Virus record (IMG/VR): IMGVR_UViG_3300050190_000114
DNA: 53,692 nucleotides
Strand: one strand, 5' to 3'
Origin: a virus
In this document: in pieces, positions 33,108-40,730 of the stretch
Numbering within the stretch: position 1 is the first letter of the stretch
Layout of the letters: every line of letters begins with the position of its first letter
Made by a program: the position numbers and the translations under genes
The notes under the pieces: generated by a model
The model's input: only the letters and a program-made list of their open reading frames with translations
Told to the model about the DNA's origin: nothing
The model's database searches: none

Positions 33108-33227
33108 ATGAGGGTTTGGGTTCAACGCGGATTTACGGGCCGTACTCGGCATTACGCGGCGACTATCTCCGCGCTCCCAGAGCTGGAAACCTTGGCATAC
33201 TGGTGGACGGCGGTTTACCACTTATGA
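33108..33227 (+). CDS. Bridge ORF J (39 aa), second minimal complete cassette
   Basis: Starts 5 nt after the upstream stop. ATGA overlap with the next start. L5 block at 33112-33159. L3 block at 33185-33219. Alignable end to end with cassette G. Confidence 0.4.
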   Translation: MRVWVQRGFTGRTRHYAATISALPELETLAYWWTAVYHL

Positions 33228-33709
33228 TGCTCATCACCTTCGAAGACATGCCCCAACCATCTCAGCAGAACCCACCCTCCAATTGGCCTTATGCCCTCAC
33301 CGGCGTACTCATGGCATGCCTGGGAGTGATCGCCATCCTCGTGTTGACCTCGCTGCGCCCGACTCAGGACAATAGCGTTCTCATCGCGACCGTGATCGGC
33401 TTTCTGAGCACGACGACCGGCGTCATTATGACCTTCATGAAGGCGCAGGAAACGCACCTGGCGGTGAATTCGCGACTGGATGCTTTCATGGCAAGCGCTC
33501 GCAAAGTCGGACATCTGGAAGGGGAAGTATCGGGCCGAATGGCGGGAATCGCCGAAGGGGAGCTCCGGCGCCCTCTCGCTGCTCCCGCTGTTCCAACTAC
33601 CCTGGAAGTGGATACCAACCTCACGGCGCATAAGATCGACAACGATGCCACCGCGCGCCAAGCGCCCAAACCGTCACCCACTAACGCGGCCAAAAACAAG
33701 GATTTATGA
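33224..33709 (+). CDS. Two-TM membrane protein, holin candidate
   Basis: Two hydrophobic helices followed by a charged tail. Lies immediately upstream of the muramidase-like gene. Confidence 0.45.
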   Translation: MMLITFEDMPQPSQQNPPSNWPYALTGVLMACLGVIAILVLTSLRPTQDNSVLIATVIGFLSTTTGVIMTFMKAQETHLAVNSRLDAFMASARKVGHLEGEVSGRMAGIAEGELRRPLAAPAVPTTLEVDTNLTAHKIDNDATARQAPKPSPTNAAKNKDL

Positions 33710-34233
33710 GCTTAACCGATTCCATAGCCCAATCCATCGCCAGTGTCGAATCAGGCGGAAACCCCAACGCCTTGTCGTACCGAAATAACAATCCGGGAAA
33801 CTTGCGCTCCTGGGGATCGAATCCGATCGTAAACGGCTATGCCCAGTTTCCAACCCTGCAAGCAGGCTGGGACGCCCTATACTCGCAGATCAATCTGAAC
33901 ATCAGCCGCGGCCTCACGCTGGTGGAATTCTTCGCCGGTAAACCAGGAGTGTACGCGGGATTCGCGCCAGGCGGATCAGGTGGAAACGATCCGCAGAGTT
34001 ACGCTGCCTTCGTGGCTGGACAAGTCGGCATCGACCCGAATACCCCCTTAAACGCGCTCGGATCGACGGCCGCGCCCAGCATCGATCCGACAACGGGACT
34101 ACCCGCCATCGATCCAACGACCGGGCTCCCGCCCGATACTTCTCCAGCAGGATCGATAGATTGGGCTACGATTGGGCTTGTGGGATTGGGAGCTTTAGTA
34201 CTTTTCTATATATTTAATTCGTTAAGTGATTGA
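33706..34233 (+). CDS. Peptidoglycan hydrolase-like protein with a C-terminal TM anchor (endolysin candidate)
   Basis: Motifs VESGGNPNA and NNPGNLR..GY..F. Repeated DPTTGLP. C-terminal TM. Confidence 0.45.
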   Translation: MSLTDSIAQSIASVESGGNPNALSYRNNNPGNLRSWGSNPIVNGYAQFPTLQAGWDALYSQINLNISRGLTLVEFFAGKPGVYAGFAPGGSGGNDPQSYAAFVAGQVGIDPNTPLNALGSTAAPSIDPTTGLPAIDPTTGLPPDTSPAGSIDWATIGLVGLGALVLFYIFNSLSD

Positions 34234-34257
34234 CCGACCGCCTCTCATCCTGCGCAA

Positions 34258-34292
34258 ATAAAAACCGGGCGGAAAAATTCCCGCCCGGTGGA
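34258..34292 (-). terminator. Rho-independent terminator of the leftward small-gene unit (the hairpin may also stop the late operon)
   Basis: Stem CCGGGCGG-N8-CCGCCCGG. The U-tract (TTTTTATTT) is on the minus strand. Confidence 0.75.
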
Positions 34293-34323
34293 GTGAACTT
34301 GCTTTAGATTTTACCCTCACGCC

Positions 34324-34599
34324 TCAGCCGAGGCACGGCGCTGATTGGCCGGATGTACCGCCCGCCGTTGCGAAGACGATACCGCGAAAAGCTTTCATTA
34401 GTGTGGACAGCGCTGAACGGACCCGAAAGCGTTCTTTGATCGAGACCCGCAGCGCTGGAGTTTTGCCGGCCTTTTGGCAAAAGCCGAGCATCGCGAGCAG
34501 CGGACGCCCGCGCGGAGCGAACGGCTGAAGCGCAAGCGCCAGCACGAACGCAAATATAAACAGCATCAAAGTGAGCATGTTCGTTTGATCCTTTTTCAC
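34324..34599 (-). CDS. Small membrane protein
   Basis: TM segment LTLMLFIFAFVLALAL. An alternative internal ATG start exists. Confidence 0.45.
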   Translation of the reverse strand: MKKDQTNMLTLMLFIFAFVLALALQPFAPRGRPLLAMLGFCQKAGKTPALRVSIKERFRVRSALSTLMKAFRGIVFATAGGTSGQSAPCLG

Positions 34600-34668
34600 G
34601 TCGAAAACATCTGTTACGATCAGATTATACCGCCCCTTAGACGCGCAGAACGAGAGGCGGTCAAACCC

Positions 34669-34794
34669 CTACCCGAAAATATCCAGAATACTGACCACTA
34701 GAAGCGTGAAATCAACCCACAGTTGCACGATTGGCGCGCTGGCGTCGATGACTGGATTGCTCGGATAGTTGCTTGGCGTAGGATCGTTTCCCAT
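34669..34794 (-). CDS. 41-aa membrane peptide (below the track cutoff)
   Basis: SD AAAAGGAGAA lies 8 nt before the ATG. Translation MGNDPTPSNYPSNPVIDASAPIVQLWVDFTLLVVSILDIFG. Confidence 0.5.
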   Translation of the reverse strand: MGNDPTPSNYPSNPVIDASAPIVQLWVDFTLLVVSILDIFG

Positions 34795-34844
34795 ACGTTT
34801 TGAATTCTCCTTTTCTGTTAGAATTGTAGCGCAAAATCTCCCCC

Positions 34845-34873
34845 TTGCGATGCTTTCAGAAGCATGCTAGACT
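34845..34873 (+). promoter_or_regulatory. Early rightward promoter with an embedded operator palindrome
   Basis: TTGCGA-N17-TAGACT. The spacer is ATGCTT-TCAG-AAGCAT (34850-34865), the same palindrome as at 41403 and 41464. Confidence 0.55.
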
Positions 34874-35010
34874 TTTCCCAACTAGTGAAATCAAAAAAGG
34901 ACAGCCCGAAGGCGATGAATTCGATACGTAACTCAAAGCTGAGCGCCAAGAAGCGCAAGGAAATAGCGCAAAAGGCGGCAAGGGCCAGATGGGGGAAGAG
35001 AAAACCATGA
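34864..35010 (+). CDS. Small basic protein with a KKRKEIAQKAARARWGK tail (DNA-binding-like)
   Basis: ATGA-coupled to the next ORF. If the promoter call is right, the real start is ATG 34915. Confidence 0.4.
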   Translation: MLDFSQLVKSKKDSPKAMNSIRNSKLSAKKRKEIAQKAARARWGKRKP

Positions 35011-35255
35011 ACATAGAAGCCTTACTGCAAAAGCACGATTGGAATTTATTCTTCGCGAACTTCCCGAACTTCGAAGACGGTAAGCCATACCGTATCTACA
35101 AGAGCCACAGATCCGACCAGAACGAACTGTTGGGATGCGGCAAGACTCCCGAAGAAGCAATCCAGATGGCCGCCGCTGAACCCGAAGGCGAAGGCGCAGC
35201 GGACGAGCGGACCTCCGATCCCAACGAGAGCGACAGCCCGAATTCAAACACGTAA
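35007..35255 (+). CDS. Hypothetical early protein
   Basis: ATGA overlap. The 3' end is an R1 repeat. Confidence 0.55.
   Translation: MNIEALLQKHDWNLFFANFPNFEDGKPYRIYKSHRSDQNELLGCGKTPEEAIQMAAAEPEGEGAADERTSDPNESDSPNSNT
35205..35249 (+). repeat. R1 repeat
   Basis: Sequence GAGCGGACCTCCGATCCCAAC..CCGAATTCAAAC. Ends 12 nt before the next ATG. Confidence 0.85.
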
Positions 35256-35261
35256 AATCCT

Positions 35262-36425
35262 ATGGCCGACCCCTTCAAATTCCTACCAGATCATTCGACC
35301 AACCCTGACCACTCCCCCCTCAGGAGGCACACCCCAACTCCCCACCCCGACAGTTTTATCGACGATTACAGCCACGCCAAACCGGGAATCTGGCCACTCC
35401 CCGATAAGCTCCACGTCATGACGGTTCTCTCGAATCCTCCAAGATTCAGAAGCCGGTACAACCTTTATCGGGAATACGCCAAGCGCGTGCTCGACTCCTC
35501 AGCCATCCTGCATACGTGTGAAATCGCATTCGGCCAGAGGCACTTTGAAATCACCGACCCTGGGAATCCGCACCATCTGCAACTCCGCACGAAACATGAG
35601 CTCTGGCATAAAGAGAACGGCCTGAATCTGCTGATCGCCAACGCGCGGCGGCTCTACCCTGAAATGCGGTATGTGGCGTGGATCGATGCGGATATTCAAT
35701 TCGCCCGGCCCGACTTCGCGCAAGAAACCCTCCATCAGCTCCAGCACTACGATTTCGTCCAGATGTTTTCTCACGCTCAGAACTTGGGCCCGGAAGGCCA
35801 GCCGATCGATGAGAAAACCACACCCGGTTTTATGTGGAGCTACGCCAACGACCGGCCAAACCCTCACGACGCCCCGGACGGATGGGACTGGGCAACCCAG
35901 TTTCAAACCTCATCCGCCGATGGCGTAAGCCCCATGTGCTACTACTCCATGCTGCCCGAGAAGGCCGGCCCGATCTCCTGGAAGTTCACACACCCCGGAT
36001 TCTGCTGGGCGGCCCGCGTCGATGCCCTCGACAAAGTAGGCGGCTTGATCGATTTCGGAATTCTGGGATCTGGAGATTATCACATGGCGTGCGCCCTCGT
36101 CGGACACGTCGAATACTCCCTCGCAAAGGAAATGCCGGAGCGGTACAAATACCTCTGCTACCAGTGGCAAGAACGGGCGGAAAAGCACATTCGCCGAAAC
36201 GTTGGCTACGTGCCCGGTTTGGTCAATCACGGATGGCACGGCCGGCGCGCAGCAAGGCTCTATGACAAGCGCTGGAAATTCCTGAAGGTCTCAGGCTTCG
36301 ACCCGGATTTGGACCTCAAGAAGGACTCTCAAGGGCTCTGGCAGTTGACAGACCGGAGCTACCAATTGAGGGATGGACTGAGGGATTACGCGCGCTTGCG
36401 GAACGAGGATTCCATCGACCTATGA
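35262..36425 (+). CDS. Glycosyltransferase-like protein (GT-A, DxD)
   Basis: Motifs YVAWIDADIQF and HGWHGRRAARLYDKRW..GFDPDLDL, a pattern I recall from phage GT2-like proteins. Confidence 0.5.
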   Translation: MADPFKFLPDHSTNPDHSPLRRHTPTPHPDSFIDDYSHAKPGIWPLPDKLHVMTVLSNPPRFRSRYNLYREYAKRVLDSSAILHTCEIAFGQRHFEITDPGNPHHLQLRTKHELWHKENGLNLLIANARRLYPEMRYVAWIDADIQFARPDFAQETLHQLQHYDFVQMFSHAQNLGPEGQPIDEKTTPGFMWSYANDRPNPHDAPDGWDWATQFQTSSADGVSPMCYYSMLPEKAGPISWKFTHPGFCWAARVDALDKVGGLIDFGILGSGDYHMACALVGHVEYSLAKEMPERYKYLCYQWQERAEKHIRRNVGYVPGLVNHGWHGRRAARLYDKRWKFLKVSGFDPDLDLKKDSQGLWQLTDRSYQLRDGLRDYARLRNEDSIDL

Positions 36426-36667
36426 CCATCGAAGAATTCCACTCACTTCAATTCGGCGATATTATCGCGGATGAACAAGGGAATGAATTTATGGTAACGC
36501 ACTCGCTGGAAAACGACCAGGGGCAAACGGCTTACGTCGCTATCATTCCAGCGCTGGGAGATCCCGTGCCGACGAACTACACGATCATCCGTCACGCACT
36601 ACCGAACCAAGACCCGACTACAAAGGTTGAGTCGCTCGGTCCACTCCCATTTGAGCCAAAATTATGA
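36422..36667 (+). CDS. Hypothetical early protein
   Basis: ATGA overlaps at both ends. Confidence 0.55.
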   Translation: MTIEEFHSLQFGDIIADEQGNEFMVTHSLENDQGQTAYVAIIPALGDPVPTNYTIIRHALPNQDPTTKVESLGPLPFEPKL

Positions 36668-37107
36668 CCGACTGGCAAGAACGCGCCGGGAAAGCCGAAG
36701 CCCGCATCGTCCAACTAGAAGCCCTCATTCAGCAGTACGAGGAGAAGCTGAAACTCGCACGGCTGATTACGTGGCGCGCTGGCGATGAAGGAATCTCACC
36801 TTTAGCCAGCCCGATTCTGAGTGATAAACCGCCGTTGACCAGTCTGCCCGATTCAGGATCGGCGTTGCGCGGCGATGATCCAGACCCGGCCGGCATTGCC
36901 GCGTGTCTTCGATCCTGCGCGCAGACGATCATCGAAAACATTATGGATGGCCCCAGCGCCGCAAGGTATCTACACGCGTACGCCGACACCGTAGCAGGCG
37001 CATTGCAGCGGACGAGCGGACCTCCCACCGAAGACCTTGCGGCGAGCCTGAATTCAAACACTGAGGCCGCGCCCGACCCGCAAACGAAAGGTGAACCCAA
37101 ACCATGA
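36664..37107 (+). CDS. Hypothetical early protein carrying three repeat elements
   Basis: Contains a reverse L3 block, a forward L5 core and an R1 copy. Confidence 0.55.
   Translation: MTDWQERAGKAEARIVQLEALIQQYEEKLKLARLITWRAGDEGISPLASPILSDKPPLTSLPDSGSALRGDDPDPAGIAACLRSCAQTIIENIMDGPSAARYLHAYADTVAGALQRTSGPPTEDLAASLNSNTEAAPDPQTKGEPKP
36823..36872. repeat. Reverse L3 block (GATAAACCGCCGTTGACC) followed by a forward L5 core (GGATCGGCGTTGCGCGG)
   Basis: Lies inside 36664..37107. Confidence 0.7.
37014..37059 (+). repeat. R1 repeat
   Basis: Sequence GAGCGGACCTCCCACCGAAGACC..CTGAATTCAAAC. Confidence 0.85.
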
Positions 37108-37463
37108 AACGTTTCTTTTGGCTGATCCTCGTTCCCTTATTCGCCTGGTTCGGACGGGATGGAGTTCGAACCATCCAAGCCCAAGGTCCGACCGTAACCC
37201 AATCATACGGGCTCACCTTGGAGCGAGATGATTTTCCGCCATCCAACGCCGGGGATTCGACATTTTCAACGCCTGTATCGGCCCGCAGCTCGTTCGTGTT
37301 GGTCTACCGCAACGGACTTCTGCAGCGTGCAGGATTGAATTGTGCGCCAGTTCCCCCCGCGCCCGCGCCATGCGATTACACGCAATCTGGCAACGTGATC
37401 GTAACGTACCCGTCTGGAGCGATTCAAGCGGGAGACTTGGTGACGATTTTGTTTCAGAGATGA
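37104..37463 (+). CDS. Early protein with an N-terminal signal/TM segment
   Basis: N-terminus MKRFFWLILVPLFAWFG. ATGA overlap. Confidence 0.55.
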   Translation: MKRFFWLILVPLFAWFGRDGVRTIQAQGPTVTQSYGLTLERDDFPPSNAGDSTFSTPVSARSSFVLVYRNGLLQRAGLNCAPVPPAPAPCDYTQSGNVIVTYPSGAIQAGDLVTILFQR

Positions 37464-37465
37464 GG

Positions 37466-37512
37466 GTTTGAATGGAGGCTGCGGATAAAGGTTTTCGGCG
37501 CATGGTCCGCTC
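37466..37512 (-). repeat. R1 repeat, reverse orientation
   Basis: GTTTGAATGGAGG..GGTCCGCTC. The ATG of 37472..37708 lies inside it. Confidence 0.8.
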
Positions 37513-37708
37513 ATCGGCTGAATTAACCGACCGGCAGATTTCACGCATTCTCTATTTTAAATGGCATCCCTACAAGTCAGAGCGTTTGGAACGCACGGCG
37601 GCCAAGATGCGGGCGACCCAGCAGCGGATACGGGAGGCCAACAAGCGGGCATCCCGCCAGAACTTTAAAACACAGCCCGAATTCAACCACAAAAGGAACG
37701 ATTTATGA
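37472..37708 (+). CDS. Small basic early protein
   Basis: ORF from the track. ATGA-coupled to the next gene. Confidence 0.5.
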   Translation: MEAADKGFRRMVRSSAELTDRQISRILYFKWHPYKSERLERTAAKMRATQQRIREANKRASRQNFKTQPEFNHKRNDL

Positions 37709-37947
37709 CAAACAGCGAATTCAACCAACTGAAGTACGGAAACGTAATCACCTCCGGAGGATTTTCAGGAGTCCCACCCCGGCGACTACTTGTCTTGCAC
37801 GTCAAGAAAAACGCCAACGGCGACGTCATCGAGATAGGCGTGATCGACTCCATTCGACTCGCCGATACAGCAGACTACACACTAGTGGACGCCACAGCGG
37901 AAGAAACACTAGTAGTAAATGGCATTTTGCAGTCCAAGACAATTTAG
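37705..37947 (+). CDS. Hypothetical early protein
   Basis: ATGA overlap. Confidence 0.55.
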   Translation: MTNSEFNQLKYGNVITSGGFSGVPPRRLLVLHVKKNANGDVIEIGVIDSIRLADTADYTLVDATAEETLVVNGILQSKTI

Positions 37948-37977
37948 AGGTTGACCGCCTCTCATTCTGCCCTTCTT

Positions 37978-38346
37978 ATGAGCCGCACGACCGTGCTTGA
38001 ATGGAACGGACAGCAGCCCCCCGAACTTATTCCGCTGATAGGGCGCAAGGTTCAGAGAGCATGGGTATTCGGTGACACCTTGGCTATTCTGATCGACGGT
38101 GGAAGATTTCTGCAAGTAGACCCGGTACCCTTCTTCGGCGAAGGAGCCGCTGTTGCACTCAAAGTCGGGACAGTAAAGGACACCGCAAACCTGGTAAGCG
38201 ACCTCGACGCCCGCATTGAACAGAATCCGCACACGGAAGAATTGCGGGCTATGACGTTCACCGGCATAGACGCCAATATCGTGATGTTTGGCGATTACGG
38301 CGCACGTGTCACCCCGGCCGGCGTCGAATGGATGAAAACGAAATGA
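37978..38346 (+). CDS. Hypothetical early protein
   Basis: First ATG in the frame of track ORF 37951..38346. The TTG at 37951 is part of a TTGACCGCCTCTC motif. Confidence 0.5.
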   Translation: MSRTTVLEWNGQQPPELIPLIGRKVQRAWVFGDTLAILIDGGRFLQVDPVPFFGEGAAVALKVGTVKDTANLVSDLDARIEQNPHTEELRAMTFTGIDANIVMFGDYGARVTPAGVEWMKTK

Positions 38347-38822
38347 ACGAAAACAGCACCTACGAAGGCTGGGCCATTCTCGAGATTTTCGGCCATCAGA
38401 AGTACGCCGGATTCGTCAAGACAGAATACTACGGGACCGCTTGTATGTTCCGCTGCGACGTGCCCCCGCTGAAAGAACGGGAGCAAGTCACCAAAAGCGG
38501 GACCTACGTCGAGACCGAAAACGATTCGAGCACCTGGGTACCGCCCGGCTCCACGGTCAAGAAAGCGGCCACCATCGGCTACTCGAAGCTGTTCGGCGTC
38601 GGGGCGATCTACTCCATGACTCCCTGCGACGAGGCGGCGGCATTGCGGGCCGTGGAAGAGTTGCAGCCTCGTTCCCTGATGCTGGTAAGCCTGCCGGTTG
38701 GGAAAGCGCTGGCAGCGGCCGCTGAGCCAGTATCTCGCGATTATTCTTGCTGCGCGGGCAACCCGGAAGACGGCCACGAGATGGGATGCATGAACGACGA
38801 CGACGGCGAGGAATTGCGGTGA
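38343..38822 (+). CDS. Conserved phage protein (GWAILEIFGHQKYAG motif family)
   Basis: ATGA overlap at 38343, same frame as track ORF 38328. The motif recalls a widespread uncharacterised phage family. Confidence 0.55.
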   Translation: MNENSTYEGWAILEIFGHQKYAGFVKTEYYGTACMFRCDVPPLKEREQVTKSGTYVETENDSSTWVPPGSTVKKAATIGYSKLFGVGAIYSMTPCDEAAALRAVEELQPRSLMLVSLPVGKALAAAAEPVSRDYSCCAGNPEDGHEMGCMNDDDGEELR

Positions 38823-39010
38823 CATGCTTTCTTCACGACGAGACGACAACTGTCAACTATCGTTGCATTCTTTGTGACCAGCGGTTCAACCAAGATGACC
38901 GCGTAACACCCTGTCCAAATTCCGCAACGAATGCCCATACCGTCCTGATCGAGACAGTCCCACAAGCGGACCTCCCACCCCAACCCGCATCCCACCTCGA
39001 TTCAAACTAA
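38819..39010 (+). CDS. Small Cys-containing protein
   Basis: GTGA overlap. Pattern CILCDQRF..TPCPNS. The 3' end is an R1 repeat. Confidence 0.45.
   Translation: MTCFLHDETTTVNYRCILCDQRFNQDDRVTPCPNSATNAHTVLIETVPQADLPPQPASHLDSN
38965..39007 (+). repeat. R1 repeat
   Basis: Sequence AGCGGACCTCCCACCCCAACCCGCATCCCACCTCGATTCAAAC. Followed by AAAAAGGAG and an ATG. Confidence 0.9.
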
Positions 39011-39022
39011 AAAGGAGAATTC

Positions 39023-39769
39023 ATGACTACTAAACGATTCGGATGGATACGAGATATCCCAGACCAGAGAGACCACAAGTATGGGCGACTCACTGCGCGC
39101 ATCGCCCTTCCCTTCGCCGTCTCACTCCGTCAAAACGCCGGCCCAATCTACGACCAGGGGCAACTGGGAAGTTGCACAGCCCAAGCGATCGCGGCAGCCA
39201 TCGTCTACGAGGAGAAGAAACAGAAGCTCCCCGAAATCTTCCCCTCGCGGCTATTCATCTACTACAACGAGCGGGTCATGGAAGGAAGCGTCTCGAGCGA
39301 CTCCGGCGCCCAGATCCGGGACGGCATCAAGAGCGTCGTATTCCAAGGCGTTTGTCCTGAAACAGAGTGGGGGTACGAGCATGCTTTTGACGACGTGCCG
39401 TGGGGAAAGTGCTACCTCGAAGCCAAGCTAGGACTCGTCAAACAATATTTGAGCCTGGACCCCGACCTGAACCAGATGCAAACCTGCCTCGCGGCCGGCT
39501 TCCCGTTCATCGTGGGATTCACGGTGTACGATTCGTTCCAATCGGACGCCGTAGCGAGCTCCGGACACGTGCCGATGCCAGGGCCCAGTGAGCAAGTGAT
39601 CGGCGGCCATGCGGTGTTGTGCTTGGGGTACGACAATGCAAGCCAGACGTTTCTACTGCAGAATTCCTGGGGGAAGGATTGGGGGATGAACGGATTTTTC
39701 ACGATGCCGTATGCGTATTTGACCGATTCGAACCTAGCTGGAGATTTTTGGTCTATCCGGTTGGTTTGA
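39023..39769 (+). CDS. Papain-like (C1 family) cysteine peptidase
   Basis: Motifs QGQLGSCTAQA, GGHAVLCLGYD and LLQNSWGKDWGMNGFF (the Q-C-H-N catalytic set). Confidence 0.9.
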   Translation: MTTKRFGWIRDIPDQRDHKYGRLTARIALPFAVSLRQNAGPIYDQGQLGSCTAQAIAAAIVYEEKKQKLPEIFPSRLFIYYNERVMEGSVSSDSGAQIRDGIKSVVFQGVCPETEWGYEHAFDDVPWGKCYLEAKLGLVKQYLSLDPDLNQMQTCLAAGFPFIVGFTVYDSFQSDAVASSGHVPMPGPSEQVIGGHAVLCLGYDNASQTFLLQNSWGKDWGMNGFFTMPYAYLTDSNLAGDFWSIRLV

Positions 39770-39775
39770 GATTTT

Positions 39776-39810
39776 GGGGTAAACCGCCGTCGTGCTGTCC
39801 GCCAAGGTTT
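39776..39810 (-). repeat. Reverse-oriented L3 block at the convergent gene junction
   Basis: The minus strand reads AAACCTTGGCGGACAGCACGACGGCGGTTTACCCC immediately after the stop of 39810..40181. Confidence 0.75.
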
Positions 39811-40181
39811 TATTCTGTGGGGAGCGCGGCGAGTGTCGATTTCAGCGCGGCATCGGCAACAGATTCCCGAACCGATTTCTTGACTCGCTCCCAATCGGAG
39901 TGCGGCGCAGGCGGATCGGGTTTTATGGCAGGCACCGGCTCCGGCGGATTCCCCGACCCGCCCATAAATTCATTCAGCAATCGAATTGCGCATGCCTGCC
40001 CGCAGATGTGCTTGTAGGGCTTTGAGCGATCCTCGGCCGGATAGTCCCACGGCCAAAGCAGAAAGCACGGATTTTCTTCCGCTGCGGAATAAGGACGAAT
40101 TTCCGCATAGTGCCAGTGGTTCGATGGCTGCTTTTGGACTCCGCACACGTCGCAGATTATCGGATTGGGGAGCCAAGCCAT
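39810..40181 (-). CDS. Hypothetical Cys-containing protein
   Basis: Pattern CDVCG..HW..CGQAC. Last gene of the leftward 3-gene unit. Confidence 0.55.
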   Translation of the reverse strand: MAWLPNPIICDVCGVQKQPSNHWHYAEIRPYSAAEENPCFLLWPWDYPAEDRSKPYKHICGQACAIRLLNEFMGGSGNPPEPVPAIKPDPPAPHSDWERVKKSVRESVADAALKSTLAALPTE

Positions 40182-40627
40182 TACTGTTTTGCCGCTGGAA
40201 GCATCTTCATCTGGTTTTCCATGAGCGAATCAAAGAGCCGCTGATTCGTAGAGGGATTCAGGACAATGTAGGGCATGAAGACTTCGGCAGTCTGGGCCAT
40301 GCCAATATCGATCATGGCGTTTTGAGCCTGTACCCAGCGTAGAAGTTGACGCCAGGCGACCCGTTCCGCTTTCTCGCGGAGCCGTTCGTTATTGTGGCCC
40401 GGAGATTCGCGCTGTAATCGTTTGAACACCGGATCTACTCGCGCTGGCATGTCAAAGAGAATATCCAGGCCGTTGATTCGCATGATCCATCGTAGTCCGA
40501 CGATTTTTCCCGCTTCATAGTCTGTGTTGATGGACTTCGCGCCGTGGGCCACAAGTTGAGCTACGATTTCGGCGGCGCTTTGACTCGCTGGCACCTTCGT
40601 CGTTTCCATGAACAGCCGGTTTTTCAT
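40181..40627 (-). CDS. Hypothetical protein
   Basis: ATG 40627 (MKNRLF) lies downstream of the reverse L5 block. The track ORF extends to 40642. Confidence 0.55.
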   Translation of the reverse strand: MKNRLFMETTKVPASQSAAEIVAQLVAHGAKSINTDYEAGKIVGLRWIMRINGLDILFDMPARVDPVFKRLQRESPGHNNERLREKAERVAWRQLLRWVQAQNAMIDIGMAQTAEVFMPYIVLNPSTNQRLFDSLMENQMKMLPAAKQ

Positions 40628-40634
40628 ACAGCCC

Positions 40635-40684
40635 CCGCGCAATGCCGAGCATAAATAGTTCCCAGCCTTGAGCCCAACAACTGA
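40635..40684 (-). promoter_or_regulatory. Reverse-oriented L5 block directly upstream of a leftward gene (candidate promoter plus leader)
   Basis: The minus strand reads GTTGTTGGGCTCAAGG..TATTTATGCTCGGCATTGCGCGG. It fits TTGTTG-N17-TATTTA. Confidence 0.45.
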
Positions 40685-40730
40685 AAATCATCCGTGAACA
40701 ATTGGAGAGGTTTGAAGTGAGCGTTTAGCA

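Noticed and set aside
39776-39810. Reverse L3 block at the convergent junction as a simple bidirectional terminator
   Set aside because: Only a weak AAACC/GGTTT stem with a large loop can be drawn, and there is no U-tract. I kept it as a repeat copy of unknown role instead.
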